This document shows positions 49,867 through 60,624 of a DNA stretch of 64,000 nt, piece after piece. The stretch lies in contig JANQLC010000007.1 of NCBI GenBank assembly GCA_028280815.1, positions 81,574 to 145,573 on the forward strand, given 5' to 3'. Made by a program: the position numbers and the translations under genes. The notes below the pieces were generated by a model. It ran no database searches. It was not told the DNA's origin and saw only the letters and a program-made list of their open reading frames with translations. Numbering within the stretch: position 1 is the stretch's first letter; every line of letters begins with the position of its first letter. This stretch comes from Flavobacteriales bacterium. Its GTDB lineage: Bacteria; Bacteroidota; Bacteroidia; Flavobacteriales; JANQLC01.

Positions 49867-50699
49867 ATTCAATGCGCCGAGTCATCAAATGGGCTATTTC
49901 AGCGCCATCGCATGCTTTAGAATCGCTGTTGCCACCTTAGTCTTAATCGATTTCTGTTGCGTTTTTTACGAATTAAAAATCTTTGCCTCCGATCAGGCCA
50001 TCTTACCGTTGGGGCTGGGCCTTATTCAAACCGAGTACCACACCCTGTTGAGTCCGCTCTATACTTTTATGACGGATCACAATCTCAGTATTACGGTTTT
50101 TATGACCGCGGTTTCCATATTGTACCTGTTGGCTTTGGTCTTTTGTATTTTGGGTTTTCACACGCGAAAATCCTTCTTCACCGCCTTGATCTTACAATTG
50201 CTGATATTCCGATCCATCCCGAATTTCAATTACGGTTACGATAGTTTTATCACCATGTCTTTCTTCTATTGCCTGTTGTTTCCCGTTGGGACGGAATACG
50301 CGCTGGACAGTTATCGCAAGGGCGAGAATAGATCGAGGCGAAAAATGCCATCCAGGTATTTTTCATTACCCTTTTACTTAAAAACCCATTTGTGCATCGT
50401 TTATTTCGTATCGGGCCTCTCGAAAGTCTTGGATCCGAATTGGTGGGATGGAAATGCGATTTGGCGTGCCTATGACGATCTGAGTCCTGCTCTTTACGTA
50501 CCGCCTTTCCTTTTGGCTACTCTGTCTTTATCGGTCGTCTCTATCGAGCTGCTCTATTCCTTTTTGGTCTGTACGAAATTCCGCAAAGTTTACGGTAGTC
50601 GATATGGCTCTCATCCATTTGGGCATCGGGATATTTTTGGGGCTGTCTTCCTTTGCAGCAGTTGTGTATAATCCGAAAAACGAAATCAGGTCAGTTTGA
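49850..50699 (+). pseudogene. HTTM-domain (SdpB / vitamin K-dependent gamma-carboxylase-like) polytopic membrane protein, frameshifted near the 3' end
   Basis: FRIAVATLVLIDF..., GFHTRKSFF, IVYFVSGLSKVLDPNWWDGNAIW are HTTM-like. After about 50585-50595 the expected continuation TVVDMALIHLGIGIFLGLSSFAAVV is in the next frame and ends at TGA 50697-50699. The true start may be ATG 49889. Confidence 0.7.
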
Positions 50700-50948
50700 A
50701 AGACAAAATCAGATTTTTTTGAGAAACACACCACTCATCAATAAAAAGCCCCATATCGGAGCTCGATTTAGTGAGTCCGATTCGCTTTAAAGCCTTTATT
50801 TATAGGAGATAGCCCGTTTATGACATTTATACGACGGTTAATGATAAAAGACATGTGCGTACCGTCTCAGAATGACGATTAAATGACGGTTTTATCGGAT
50901 TTCGTTTTTGTTTGGGATTCCATCCTTATTCTCCTGTATTGCCTGTAA

Positions 50949-51560
50949 TTACTGGCGTTTCCGTCCATTTTCACCTTTCTTCAATTCAATGGAATTCGTT
51001 TTACCCCCCTTACTTCTATGTCGATACCGATTAACAGCCTGACGGGCTTGAAACATTTGGTAATTCTGACGAGTAGGCTGACCGCTTCGGCCAGCAAAGC
51101 GGTTATCAACGGACTCAAACCCTTTTTGGGACATCGGTTACAATTGATCGGGCGACAAACCGTAGGAAAGGGCAAAGCGAGTACGGTATTGGTAGATAGG
51201 CCCGAAAGCGATTATTTATACCTTACTGAAGTCAAAATTCCGCTGAGCGAGAAATTTGGTATGCAGCTCATCTTTGCCAGAGGTTTCAATTCGGAGGGAA
51301 CCCCTATCCCTCGGGACGGCTTTCTCCCAGATTTTGAGATGGATGAAGTAGAAGGCTTAATAAGGGAGAAAAAGCCGCTCGGCGATCCCGAAGAGCGATT
51401 GTTGCGTGCAGCCTTAGACCTGATAGCGGGGAAGCGTCCTGTATTGCCGGCGAATTCTGAGTCGGCTGATCGTCTTTTCGGCACGCTGATATACTCGAAT
51501 ATAATGGAAGAGAACACTTTTGGAAAAAACCCTTATAGACAGGCGGTTTCTAAAGTCTAA
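50949..51560 (+). pseudogene. S41 (C-terminal processing) peptidase, C-terminal fragment only
   Basis: HLVILTSRLTASASKAVINGLKPF...IGRQTVGKG matches the Ser/Lys dyad region of S41 peptidases. The upstream frame closes at TAA 50946-50948, and no N-terminal/PDZ part or signal peptide is present. Confidence 0.65.
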
Positions 51561-52024
51561 TTAGGGTGTAGTCCCCTTGCACCAATTGGAAACTCGGTTG
51601 ATAAATTCCTGAACTCAGTCTTTTCCCCGATACTCTCGGAGCGTTCCAAAGCAACTGGGATGCTTATATGCTTAGGGTATCCACGTCCAAGACGCGGGCT
51701 CACAAATCCATATGGGCACTTGCCGATCCTTTTCTCTGGCTTTCCATCTTTCCCGACCCCGACTTGTGCGAGCCTGGATTTTTTGCGTAGTTCAATGGGG
51801 CGTTTCTATGCCGTTTTGGGTCTGCGAAATCGATACATGGGCTAATAAAGAATGACAATCAGCTTTTCTTTGCCCAAAAATAGCGCGTATCTCTTCGCCG
51901 AGCACCCCTCATTCGCTCCATTTTCACACCTCTTTTAATTTATGTGATTTGATTTCTCCTCCTAATCAGTTGCCGTGCTGCGTGCGGGCAAGCACGCGAA
52001 AATGCTCCAGGGTTTTTACCGGTT

Positions 52025-53398
52025 TTAATCTCTATCATCCCAATCGACGGGCTGATACAGATCTTCTACCACTATCGCATTGGGGTTGTACAAACGCTCG
52101 CCTTGCGGGGTGATCAATCGCAAGGGTATCTGCCGAGTTTGGGCAGCCGAGTTGGGTTTTAAGGTCGGAAATCCCGTTCGCCTCCAGTCGTTATAGGGTT
52201 CCAAACTGCCAAATAGGGCGATGTATTTCTGTTTGATAATATTTTCCAGGTCAACGGTTTGCGTAACCCTCTTTATAAAATCCTCATCTGCCGCTTTTCC
52301 GGTCACTTGCTCGACAGATGCGCTTACCGCTTCTCGAAAGGCAGTTTTCGCACCGCCCGTATCGTCGGTTCTAAGTTTGGCTTCGGCTTTTATAAATTGG
52401 GCCTCTACATAGGTAACCATCCCGAGGTTTTTATCGGCTGTAGCCAGCGCCGGGCCGATATTTGACACATCATCCTTATCTTGCTCTTCTGCCTCAGATC
52501 CCGAATATCCATCATAGTCATCTTTTGTCGCAAAAAAGGCCAACCGCGGATCGTTGGGCGCTCTCATCATATTGATAAAGGTAGCCCCCATCTTTAGATA
52601 ATTGGCTCGATTCTTTTGAATCGCATACCATTGATTCGTGCTCGATCCCCCGCCATCAAAAACCGCTTCCATATCGTCTTGACTGCTCGATATGCCAGAA
52701 CGATTGATGTAGTCCAAGGCTTTTTCAGCGGCTTTGTCATCGATCTGCGTAAGCCTCAAAGCGTAACGGGCTTTGAGCACGTAAGCGATCTTTTTCCATT
52801 TGGCTACATCGCCATTGAAGATTAAATCATCTGTGCCGGGTATGCGCGCGTTATCCGAATCGGATTTTTCAAAATCAGCAATCGCCTCACCCAACATCGC
52901 TTGTATCTCGTCGTAAATCGCTCCTTGCTTTTGGTATTTGGGATGGTGATTTCCTTTCAATCCGCCAAATGCATCACTATAGGGTACTGCATTCCAAAGA
53001 TCGGTGGCCGTACTGAGGTTTATCGCCATCAATACCTTGGCCATGCCATCGTAATAGGGGTTGTCCGCTCCATACTGGTCTATGATTAGAAATGCATTTT
53101 CCATGGCATCGTGGTATAAGATTCCCCATTGATTATTGAATGTTTCTTCCGTAATCTTATATCGTCCGGTATTTTCATATTGACCATCATTGCCGGTCAA
53201 GTGTTGGGTAAATATGTTGGCTGTATGGGCCAATTCAGCGGTTTGCGTGCTAAAGGTAGCCACTTCTGAAACCGTTAGCATTACATCGGGCGTAACGGAT
53301 TCTACTTCGTTTGGATTCTTATTGAAGGTATCCAATTCGTGGTTACAAGCGTAAAAGAGTAGAGTCGTGAGCGTTAGAATTGTTATCGCCTTTTTCAT
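52025..53398 (-). CDS. susD: SusD/RagB family nutrient-binding outer membrane lipoprotein
   Basis: Lipobox LLFYAC and TPR-like SusD architecture, immediately downstream of the SusC-like gene. Confidence 0.9.
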   Translation of the reverse strand: MKKAITILTLTTLLFYACNHELDTFNKNPNEVESVTPDVMLTVSEVATFSTQTAELAHTANIFTQHLTGNDGQYENTGRYKITEETFNNQWGILYHDAMENAFLIIDQYGADNPYYDGMAKVLMAINLSTATDLWNAVPYSDAFGGLKGNHHPKYQKQGAIYDEIQAMLGEAIADFEKSDSDNARIPGTDDLIFNGDVAKWKKIAYVLKARYALRLTQIDDKAAEKALDYINRSGISSSQDDMEAVFDGGGSSTNQWYAIQKNRANYLKMGATFINMMRAPNDPRLAFFATKDDYDGYSGSEAEEQDKDDVSNIGPALATADKNLGMVTYVEAQFIKAEAKLRTDDTGGAKTAFREAVSASVEQVTGKAADEDFIKRVTQTVDLENIIKQKYIALFGSLEPYNDWRRTGFPTLKPNSAAQTRQIPLRLITPQGERLYNPNAIVVEDLYQPVDWDDRD

Positions 53399-53409
53399 TT
53401 TTTAAATGC

Positions 53410-56400
53410 TTAAAATCCTACCTTTAACCCAAAAGCAAATGATTTGCTGCCGGGGTTGTTGAAATAGTCGAAGCCGTCTATACGGGATCCTGCGCCCGTC
53501 AGGCTCGTCTCGGGATCCACGCCTTTGTATTGGGTATCCAACCAAAGGTTGCGACCTGAAATGGAGAACTCTACATACTGAATAAAGTTTAACATATTGG
53601 ATTTGCTGAAATCGGAGACTCGGTAAGCCAAAGAAATCTCTCGCAAGCGCACCCAGCCCCCATCCTGGACAAATTGTTCGGCAGCCCCGCTCCACCCGAC
53701 ATACTCTTTAAAATATGTTTGGGCATCGATGGCTTTGTCGTTGGGCGAGCCATCTTCTTTCACACCGGGGATGGTATAAGATTTACCTCTGTCTATCGCC
53801 GATTCTGCCGTGGCACCATAGTAGTTTAATAGTGAATAAGTTCCATTGTGTATATCACCGCCTTTTCTAATGTCTAACAAGGCTGAAAGGCTGATATTTT
53901 TCCATCTAAGCGTGTTTTGAATGCCCGCTGTCCATTGGGGGGCGGGATTTCCGATATTTCCGCTTTCGGGGTCTTTTATGGGAAGCCCGTCAGAACCGAT
54001 CACCAAATTTCCACTCTTGTCTCTTTTCCATTTTGCTCCGAAAAGAGCGCCCAGCGGATACCCCACGATGGCATAGGATCCGATTGATTCAAAGGCTGAT
54101 TCTATAGAAGCCTGGTCCACGCCATCGGCCAACTGAGTGACTTCGTTGTCATTGGTGGCAAAATTGATATGGGTGCCCCAATTCCAATTGCGATTGCGCA
54201 GGACACCCAATCCCAAATCCACTTCAACGCCCTTGTTCACGATTTCAGCTGCATTGGTGTACCGAGTCTCAAGGCCGGTTGAGGCTGCCAAAGGAATGTT
54301 GAGTAAGACATCTTTTGAGGTTTGATAATAATAGGAAGCATCTAAGGTGACCCGCTTTTGCAGAAAAGCCAATTCCAACCCGGCTTCATGGCCGAGCAAA
54401 CGCTCTGGCTCCAAATCGGGATCCCCCAACCCACTGGATATGCCCATTCCAGATCGTTTCATATATGGGAAACTCAAACCCTGGGTATATCCACCGGCAA
54501 TATTAGAAGCTGTGTAAAATGTTTTGTTGGAATACGGTGCGGGCGAAAGACCGGATTCCGAGTAGCCGTAGCGCAATTTGGCAAAGCTCACCCAAGCGGG
54601 TAAATCAAAGGAATTGGAAGCGACCCAAGCTAGTGAGACGGCCGGATAGAAGGGTTTTTTATCGTAGCTGGAAGCCTCGTCCTCCCGGCCCGAAGCGGTT
54701 ACAAATAGTTGATCTTTCCAATCGAGTTCCGCTTGCGCGTAAATGCCGCGATCGATTTTCTTACTTTTATAATTGGAAGCGTATAACTCGGAGGCATTTC
54801 CCAAACTGTAAATCCCTTGTACGGCCAGGTTTCTGCCTCGGGAAAAAACCTCGTCGTAAAAGCTGGCATTGATATCGAGCCCCGTCGTATAATTTAAATT
54901 CAAGATATCTTCGCCGATTAAGGGTACGGCGCCTGAAAGTATCAGATTGACATTGAATTCTTTGTTGAGAATTCTGTCGTAATTCACTTGACCTTTACCC
55001 GAGCTGTTGTCATCTCCGACAGAAGAAATGGCGTAAACTTGTCGCCGATTATCACTGTACACGTCCCAGCCCGAGCGCAGTGTGCTGTGAAACCAATCCT
55101 TTGGCGTATAGGTGATGTAGGCGCTCCCCAGGGTTCGGTTCACCTCATCGGTAAAAGGATCTGCGTAGGCGCTGTAATAAGGGTTATCATGTGAAGCGCG
55201 GTAAGTTTTTTGAAATCCAGTGGCTGGGTCTACGTAATCCCTTAAATCATAAGAAGCAGGTGTTGTCAACAAATCCAACATAATCCCTGAAAGATTACTT
55301 CCGTTTTGCACTTTGGTTCCACCTGTATAGGAATAAGTAGCCGTGGCGCCCATCTTGAGGTTATCCGACAGATCTGTATCCCCCGTCAGCCGGATGCTGG
55401 TTCGCTTTAGCTCGGAGTTGGGGATAATCCCTTCCTGTTCGGTGCGTCCCACTGATAGCCTAAAAGTGGTCTTTTCACTTCCCCCGCTCAGGGCTAAGTC
55501 ATAGCTCTGGGTAACGCCCGTCTGAAAAAAGTTATCGGTATTGTCATATAGGGGTATCCCCGCTTCGGCAGCCCTAGGCCCCCAACTATCACTTGTGCCT
55601 TCAGACACGTCATCTTTGGTGTTATATAACTTATCTGGCCCTGGATCTGCGGCTGCCTTAAATTGACCCCCTGTTCCCGCTGCGTAGGTATGCTGCAGCT
55701 TGGGCAGTTTGCTAACGGTAGCCAGTTCGGTGCTCGTCCTGAAATCGATGCCGATTCCCTTTCTCTTTTTACCACTTTTGGTCGTGTAGATGATCACCCC
55801 GTTTCCAGCTCCTTCTCCGTACAACGCGGCGGCGGCAGGCCCCTTTAGGATGGATACATTTTGTATATCATCGGAATTGAGGTCCAACAAGCGGTTGGAA
55901 GCATTTACTCCTTCCAGATTTTTATTATAGGCGTAGTCTCCAGCTTTGGATTGCACCGTAGCATTGTTCACCCGCACCCCGTCGACGATAATCAAGGGAT
56001 CCGAACCCAGAGAGATGGATTTTTTTCCCCGAATGATGATCTTGCTCGAAGCGCCGGGCGTGCCACCCGAACCGATCACTTGAACGCCGGCGGCCTTGGC
56101 GGCGAGGGCTTCTACCACGTTCCGCTCACCCGATTTTTCTATGTCGTCGGCGGAAACCTCAGAGACACCATATCCCAATGCTTTTTGCTGGCGCTTCACG
56201 CCAAAGGCGGTGACCACCAACTCGCTCAATTGATTTTTAGCTGGGGTCATGGTAATGTTGAGGACCTCTTTTTCACCCACGGTTACAACGACCGCCTCAT
56301 ACCCCACATAGGTAAACCGCAATTTTTCTCCTTTCGACGCGCGAATGGAATACTTACCGTCGAAGTCCGTGGAAGTACCCCGAGGAGCGGTGCCGACCAC

Positions 56401-56526
56401 CACCACATTTACGCCTGGCAGGGGCAAACCTTTTTGATCTGCTACGGTTCCCCCAATCGCCTTTGGCTGTGCATAAACGTCTATCGCGCTGAGTGTGCAA
56501 AGAGTCAATAACAGTATTTTCTTCAT
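53410..56526 (-). CDS. susC: SusC/RagA family TonB-linked outer membrane protein
   Basis: A signal peptide, a carboxypeptidase-regulatory-like domain (GTVADQKGLPLPGVNVVV), a plug domain, and a beta-barrel ending in a terminal F. Confidence 0.95.
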   Translation of the reverse strand: MKKILLLTLCTLSAIDVYAQPKAIGGTVADQKGLPLPGVNVVVVGTAPRGTSTDFDGKYSIRASKGEKLRFTYVGYEAVVVTVGEKEVLNITMTPAKNQLSELVVTAFGVKRQQKALGYGVSEVSADDIEKSGERNVVEALAAKAAGVQVIGSGGTPGASSKIIIRGKKSISLGSDPLIIVDGVRVNNATVQSKAGDYAYNKNLEGVNASNRLLDLNSDDIQNVSILKGPAAAALYGEGAGNGVIIYTTKSGKKRKGIGIDFRTSTELATVSKLPKLQHTYAAGTGGQFKAAADPGPDKLYNTKDDVSEGTSDSWGPRAAEAGIPLYDNTDNFFQTGVTQSYDLALSGGSEKTTFRLSVGRTEQEGIIPNSELKRTSIRLTGDTDLSDNLKMGATATYSYTGGTKVQNGSNLSGIMLDLLTTPASYDLRDYVDPATGFQKTYRASHDNPYYSAYADPFTDEVNRTLGSAYITYTPKDWFHSTLRSGWDVYSDNRRQVYAISSVGDDNSSGKGQVNYDRILNKEFNVNLILSGAVPLIGEDILNLNYTTGLDINASFYDEVFSRGRNLAVQGIYSLGNASELYASNYKSKKIDRGIYAQAELDWKDQLFVTASGREDEASSYDKKPFYPAVSLAWVASNSFDLPAWVSFAKLRYGYSESGLSPAPYSNKTFYTASNIAGGYTQGLSFPYMKRSGMGISSGLGDPDLEPERLLGHEAGLELAFLQKRVTLDASYYYQTSKDVLLNIPLAASTGLETRYTNAAEIVNKGVEVDLGLGVLRNRNWNWGTHINFATNDNEVTQLADGVDQASIESAFESIGSYAIVGYPLGALFGAKWKRDKSGNLVIGSDGLPIKDPESGNIGNPAPQWTAGIQNTLRWKNISLSALLDIRKGGDIHNGTYSLLNYYGATAESAIDRGKSYTIPGVKEDGSPNDKAIDAQTYFKEYVGWSGAAEQFVQDGGWVRLREISLAYRVSDFSKSNMLNFIQYVEFSISGRNLWLDTQYKGVDPETSLTGAGSRIDGFDYFNNPGSKSFAFGLKVGF

Positions 56527-57167
56527 AAAGGTGTGTATATAAGCAAAAATTTTTCCTCTCGTTCTCGGGCTTTTAGTTCATTTTAGTGAGGATATCACGG
56601 CTACATGGAAAAGCGGGTCGGTTTACAGTTGTTGTCACATTTTATTTTCTGGGGCTAAGGTACTTGAATTATTGAAATGGGCAAAAAATTATTTTTAGAC
56701 ACGCGGGTTGAACCGATGGGAATTCCCTTTGGCGTTTGGATACACAATTATTTTTTAAATATTTGTTTATCTGATACGGGTATTTTCTGTTTGCAAGCGG
56801 CTATTTTTATCCCTCGAGCATTACAGCGATTTTAAATGGACATCTTTGATCCGGTGTTGTAAAAATATTTTGGCTGCTCCCGATCGACAGTTGTAAAAGG
56901 CTGGGTTTTCTCTGCATGTAACGATTGGCTCTCTCATAGCGCTCCTTTTCCCTTTTCATTTCTCGACGGGTTAGGCGTTTGGGTTTCTCTTCCGATTCGG
57001 TATGCAGTTGTTCTGCTTTATCACATAGACTTTCTACTGCTGGGTTGAGGTAGTGTAAAAATTTTATACCTGAGGTTGGATTGTTCGAAAAAACAGCTAA
57101 CTTGGGTTCCGTTCTAAAAAACGCAAGAGTGATATAGCATTGTACTGTTGGTATAGAGAGATAGTAT

Positions 57168-58748
57168 ATGGAGCATGCGATTTTCCAAAGAGAGCACCTA
57201 ATCGAACGGCTCGCGGCTGTGGGCGAGTGGGATATCATTGTGATAGGGGGTGGTGCCAGTGGATTGGGTGTGGCCTTGGATGCCTTGAGCCGCGGGTTTA
57301 AGACCCTTTTGTTAGAGGCTGTGGATTTTGCTAAGGGGACCTCGAGTCGGAGTACCAAACTGGTGCATGGGGGTGTGCGCTATATGGCGCAAGGTGACAT
57401 CGCGCTGGTGCACGAAGCGCTTCACGAGCGAGGACTGCTGGTTCAAAACGCCCCTCATCTCGTGGCGGATCTCTCGTTTATCATCCCCAATTATAGCTGC
57501 TGGGGTGGCCCCTTTTACACCCTGGGTATGAAATTATACGATCTGCTCGCCGGTCGGTTGAGCTTGGGAAAATCGACCCATATCGACAGGGCGGAAACCC
57601 TGAGGCGAATTCCTACGCTAAAGCCCAGGAAACTCAAAGGCGGTGTCTGCTACCACGATGCGCAGTTCGATGACGCGCGGCTGGCCGTCAACCTGGCGCA
57701 GACTTGCCTGCAGCTCGGCGGCATTGCGATCAACCACTTTCCGGTTACGGGGTTGATAAAAGATAAAAGCGGAAGGATAGCAGGGGTGAAAGCCTTGGAC
57801 GACGAAACCCAAAAGCCTTACGACTTATACGCCCGATCGACGGTCAATGCCACGGGTGTTTTTGTGGATGATATCCATCGGATGGATCAGCCCCAAGCCC
57901 AGCTCATGGTGAAGCCCAGCCAAGGGGTACACCTGGTATTGGACAGATCTTTTCTACCGGGTCTGGATGCCCTGATGATTCCGAGAACCGAGGATGGCCG
58001 TGTGTTGTTTGCCGTGCCCTGGCACAACCGCGTCCTCGTGGGGACTACGGACACCCCCTTGGACACATGCAGCTATGAGCCGGTAGCCTTAGAGACGGAG
58101 ATCAATTTCATTTTGCGAACCGCCGGCCAATATCTGGTGCATCAGCCCAGGCGCAGCGATGTGCGAAGTGTTTTTGCCGGCCTTCGGCCCCTGGCGGCCC
58201 CACGAGCTGGAGCCCGTCAGACCAAAGAGATCTCCCGAAGCCACAAAGTCTGGGTATCTCCCTCTAAGTTGATCACGCTTATCGGGGGCAAGTGGACGAC
58301 TTTTAGAAAGATGGGTCAGGACGTGGTCGACCGGGCGATTCGAGAAGGTCTTATCCCAGGTCGGGATAGCCAATCGGAAAAACAGCCGATATGGGGCGCG
58401 GCAGCACACTTAGACCGAAGCGATCACCTATATGTATATGGTGCAGACAGGCTGGCGCTTTTGGATTGGGTCGAACGCGATCGGCGCCTAGGCGAAAAAT
58501 TGCACCCGTCCTTGGAGTTCCTCAGGGTGGAAGTGGTCTGGGCGGTGCGGAACGAATTGGCACGCACGCCGGAAGATGTCCTGGCACGAAGGGTGCGCGC
58601 CTTGTTTCTCGATGCGCGAGCCGCGGTAAAAATAGCGCCAGAAGTAGCGGGGATAATCGCTCGTGAACTCGGTCGGGATAAAGAATGGGAAAAGGCTCAG
58701 GTGGCGGATTTTACGAAGACAGCCCAAAATTATATGCTAACTCGATAA
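57168..58748 (+). CDS. glpD: FAD-dependent glycerol-3-phosphate dehydrogenase
   Basis: [21 protein letters not shown] motif, [15 protein letters not shown], and a GlpD C-terminal helical domain. Confidence 0.93.
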   Translation: MEHAIFQREHLIERLAAVGEWDIIVIGGGASGLGVALDALSRGFKTLLLEAVDFAKGTSSRSTKLVHGGVRYMAQGDIALVHEALHERGLLVQNAPHLVADLSFIIPNYSCWGGPFYTLGMKLYDLLAGRLSLGKSTHIDRAETLRRIPTLKPRKLKGGVCYHDAQFDDARLAVNLAQTCLQLGGIAINHFPVTGLIKDKSGRIAGVKALDDETQKPYDLYARSTVNATGVFVDDIHRMDQPQAQLMVKPSQGVHLVLDRSFLPGLDALMIPRTEDGRVLFAVPWHNRVLVGTTDTPLDTCSYEPVALETEINFILRTAGQYLVHQPRRSDVRSVFAGLRPLAAPRAGARQTKEISRSHKVWVSPSKLITLIGGKWTTFRKMGQDVVDRAIREGLIPGRDSQSEKQPIWGAAAHLDRSDHLYVYGADRLALLDWVERDRRLGEKLHPSLEFLRVEVVWAVRNELARTPEDVLARRVRALFLDARAAVKIAPEVAGIIARELGRDKEWEKAQVADFTKTAQNYMLTR

Positions 58749-58758
58749 TACAAATGAC

Positions 58759-60255
58759 GTGAAACGGTATATCTTAGCCATGGACCAGGGGACGACCAGC
58801 TCTCGCGCCATCGTCTTTGACAAGCGCGGACACATCGTCTCTGTAGCGCAAAAGGAGTTTAACCAACGCTTTCCCCAACCGGGCTGGGTGGAGCACGATG
58901 CTTTGGAAATTTGGTCGACCCAGGCGGGTGTGACGGCAGAAGCCACCACAAAGGCGGGGTTGAATGGTAAACATATCGCAGCCATCGGCATTGCCAACCA
59001 ACGCGAAACCGTCGTGGTATGGGACCGGAAAAGCGGCATTCCCATTTACAATGCCATCGTTTGGCAAGACAAGCGAACGGCCGAATATTGTGCGGAATTA
59101 AAGCGCCAAGGCAAAGCCGAAGAGATCAGAGCGAAGACCGGCCTGGTGCTCGACCCTTACTTCTCAGCGACTAAGATAAAATGGATCTTAGACCATGTAG
59201 CCGGGGCCCGAGAAAGGGCGCTGGCCGGTGACTTGCTATGTGGGACGATCGATACCTGGCTCATATGGAATTTAACCCGTGGTGAGCTTCACATCACAGA
59301 CGTCACAAACGCCTCGCGCACCTTGATCTACAATATAAACACCCTGAGTTGGGATGCGGAGCTGCTGGCGCTGTTTGATATACCCAAAAATATATTGCCG
59401 CTCGTCCGGTCGAGCAGTGCGGTATACGGGGAGACGAAAACCACTATTTTCGCCTCAAAAGTCCCCCTTGCAGGCATTGCCGGCGACCAACAAGCCGCGC
59501 TGTTTGGACAGCGGTGCACGGAGTCGGGCATGGTCAAAAACACTTATGGGACCGGTTGCTTTATGCTGATGAATGTGGGGACGAAGCCCGTGATATCCAA
59601 GCGGAATTTGCTCACGACAATCGCCTGGCAAGTCGATGGAGCGACCCATTATGCTTTGGAGGGTAGCATTTTTATCGCTGGCGCCTTGGTGCAGTGGTTG
59701 CGAGATGGTTTGGGAATCATCGACCGGCCTGCGGAAGTGGAAGATTTGGCGGCCCGGGTGGCGGATTCAGGGGGGGTCGTCTTCGTACCCGCTTTTGCCG
59801 GTTTGGGAGCGCCTTACTGGAACTCGCGTGCGAAGGGGACGCTCTTTGGCCTGACGCGAAACGCGACCGCTGCCCATATCGCCAGGGCCTCCCTGGAGGC
59901 CATCGCCTACCAGACTACAGATGTCCTACAAGCCATGGAGGCAGATAGCGGTGTTCCGATAAAGGAGTTGCGCGTGGACGGTGGCGCTACGGTTGACGCG
60001 CTCTTGATGCAATTTCAAGCCGATGTGCTCGATACCCAGGTCATTCGCCCCAAGGTGATTGAAACCACAGCCTTGGGTGCAGCTTATCTCGCCGGCCTAG
60101 CCATCGGATATTGGAAAGGTGGCGATGAAATTGCGGGTTTCTATGCGATCGATCAGACTTTTAGCCCGACTCAAGACCGGGAAAATATAGCGCGCGGACT
60201 CAAAGCATGGCGCCGGGCTGTCCAAGCCTTGGAGAATTGGACGCTTAACGCCTGA
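58759..60255 (+). CDS. glpK: glycerol kinase
   Basis: [40 protein letters not shown] and other FGGY-family motifs. GTG start. Confidence 0.97.
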   Translation: MKRYILAMDQGTTSSRAIVFDKRGHIVSVAQKEFNQRFPQPGWVEHDALEIWSTQAGVTAEATTKAGLNGKHIAAIGIANQRETVVVWDRKSGIPIYNAIVWQDKRTAEYCAELKRQGKAEEIRAKTGLVLDPYFSATKIKWILDHVAGARERALAGDLLCGTIDTWLIWNLTRGELHITDVTNASRTLIYNINTLSWDAELLALFDIPKNILPLVRSSSAVYGETKTTIFASKVPLAGIAGDQQAALFGQRCTESGMVKNTYGTGCFMLMNVGTKPVISKRNLLTTIAWQVDGATHYALEGSIFIAGALVQWLRDGLGIIDRPAEVEDLAARVADSGGVVFVPAFAGLGAPYWNSRAKGTLFGLTRNATAAHIARASLEAIAYQTTDVLQAMEADSGVPIKELRVDGGATVDALLMQFQADVLDTQVIRPKVIETTALGAAYLAGLAIGYWKGGDEIAGFYAIDQTFSPTQDRENIARGLKAWRRAVQALENWTLNA

Positions 60256-60624
60256 TGCATGGGAATGGGTGGTCGATAATGCGCAAAAGTGCTTATAAAA
60301 CACAAAAGTGATGAATTATATGCATAAGGGAAGCGATAATCGATTCGATTTTTCCTCGTAGGACCACAGCAAAGGCCGTTCAATGGCCATACTGAAACGA
60401 GAGAAGTACGAAGAGATGTATTTACCAAGTGGCTTAATTAGAAAGAACTGAGAAATTGGTGATAAAACCAGTTGTGTGCAGTGAAGTGATGCGGAGTGGG
60501 GAAGGGCAGGTCTCGAAAGCGCCATTGGGGGGCGGTCTAAAACTTTTTAAGTGATTGAATGTTAAATGATAAAATTGTTGCAAATCGTCTATCAAACCGA
60601 GTCCAACGCAAATTTTACGCCACT

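Noticed and set aside
54137-56511. Plus-strand ORFs within susC (for example 55861-56511, 54519-54872).
   Set aside because: They are shadow ORFs opposite a well-supported SusC-like gene.
56807-57358. 183-aa minus-strand ORF in the susC-glpD divergent region.
   Set aside because: Its 5' part is antisense to the well-supported glpD start region. The rest lies in the divergent promoter region with no signal peptide or domain.
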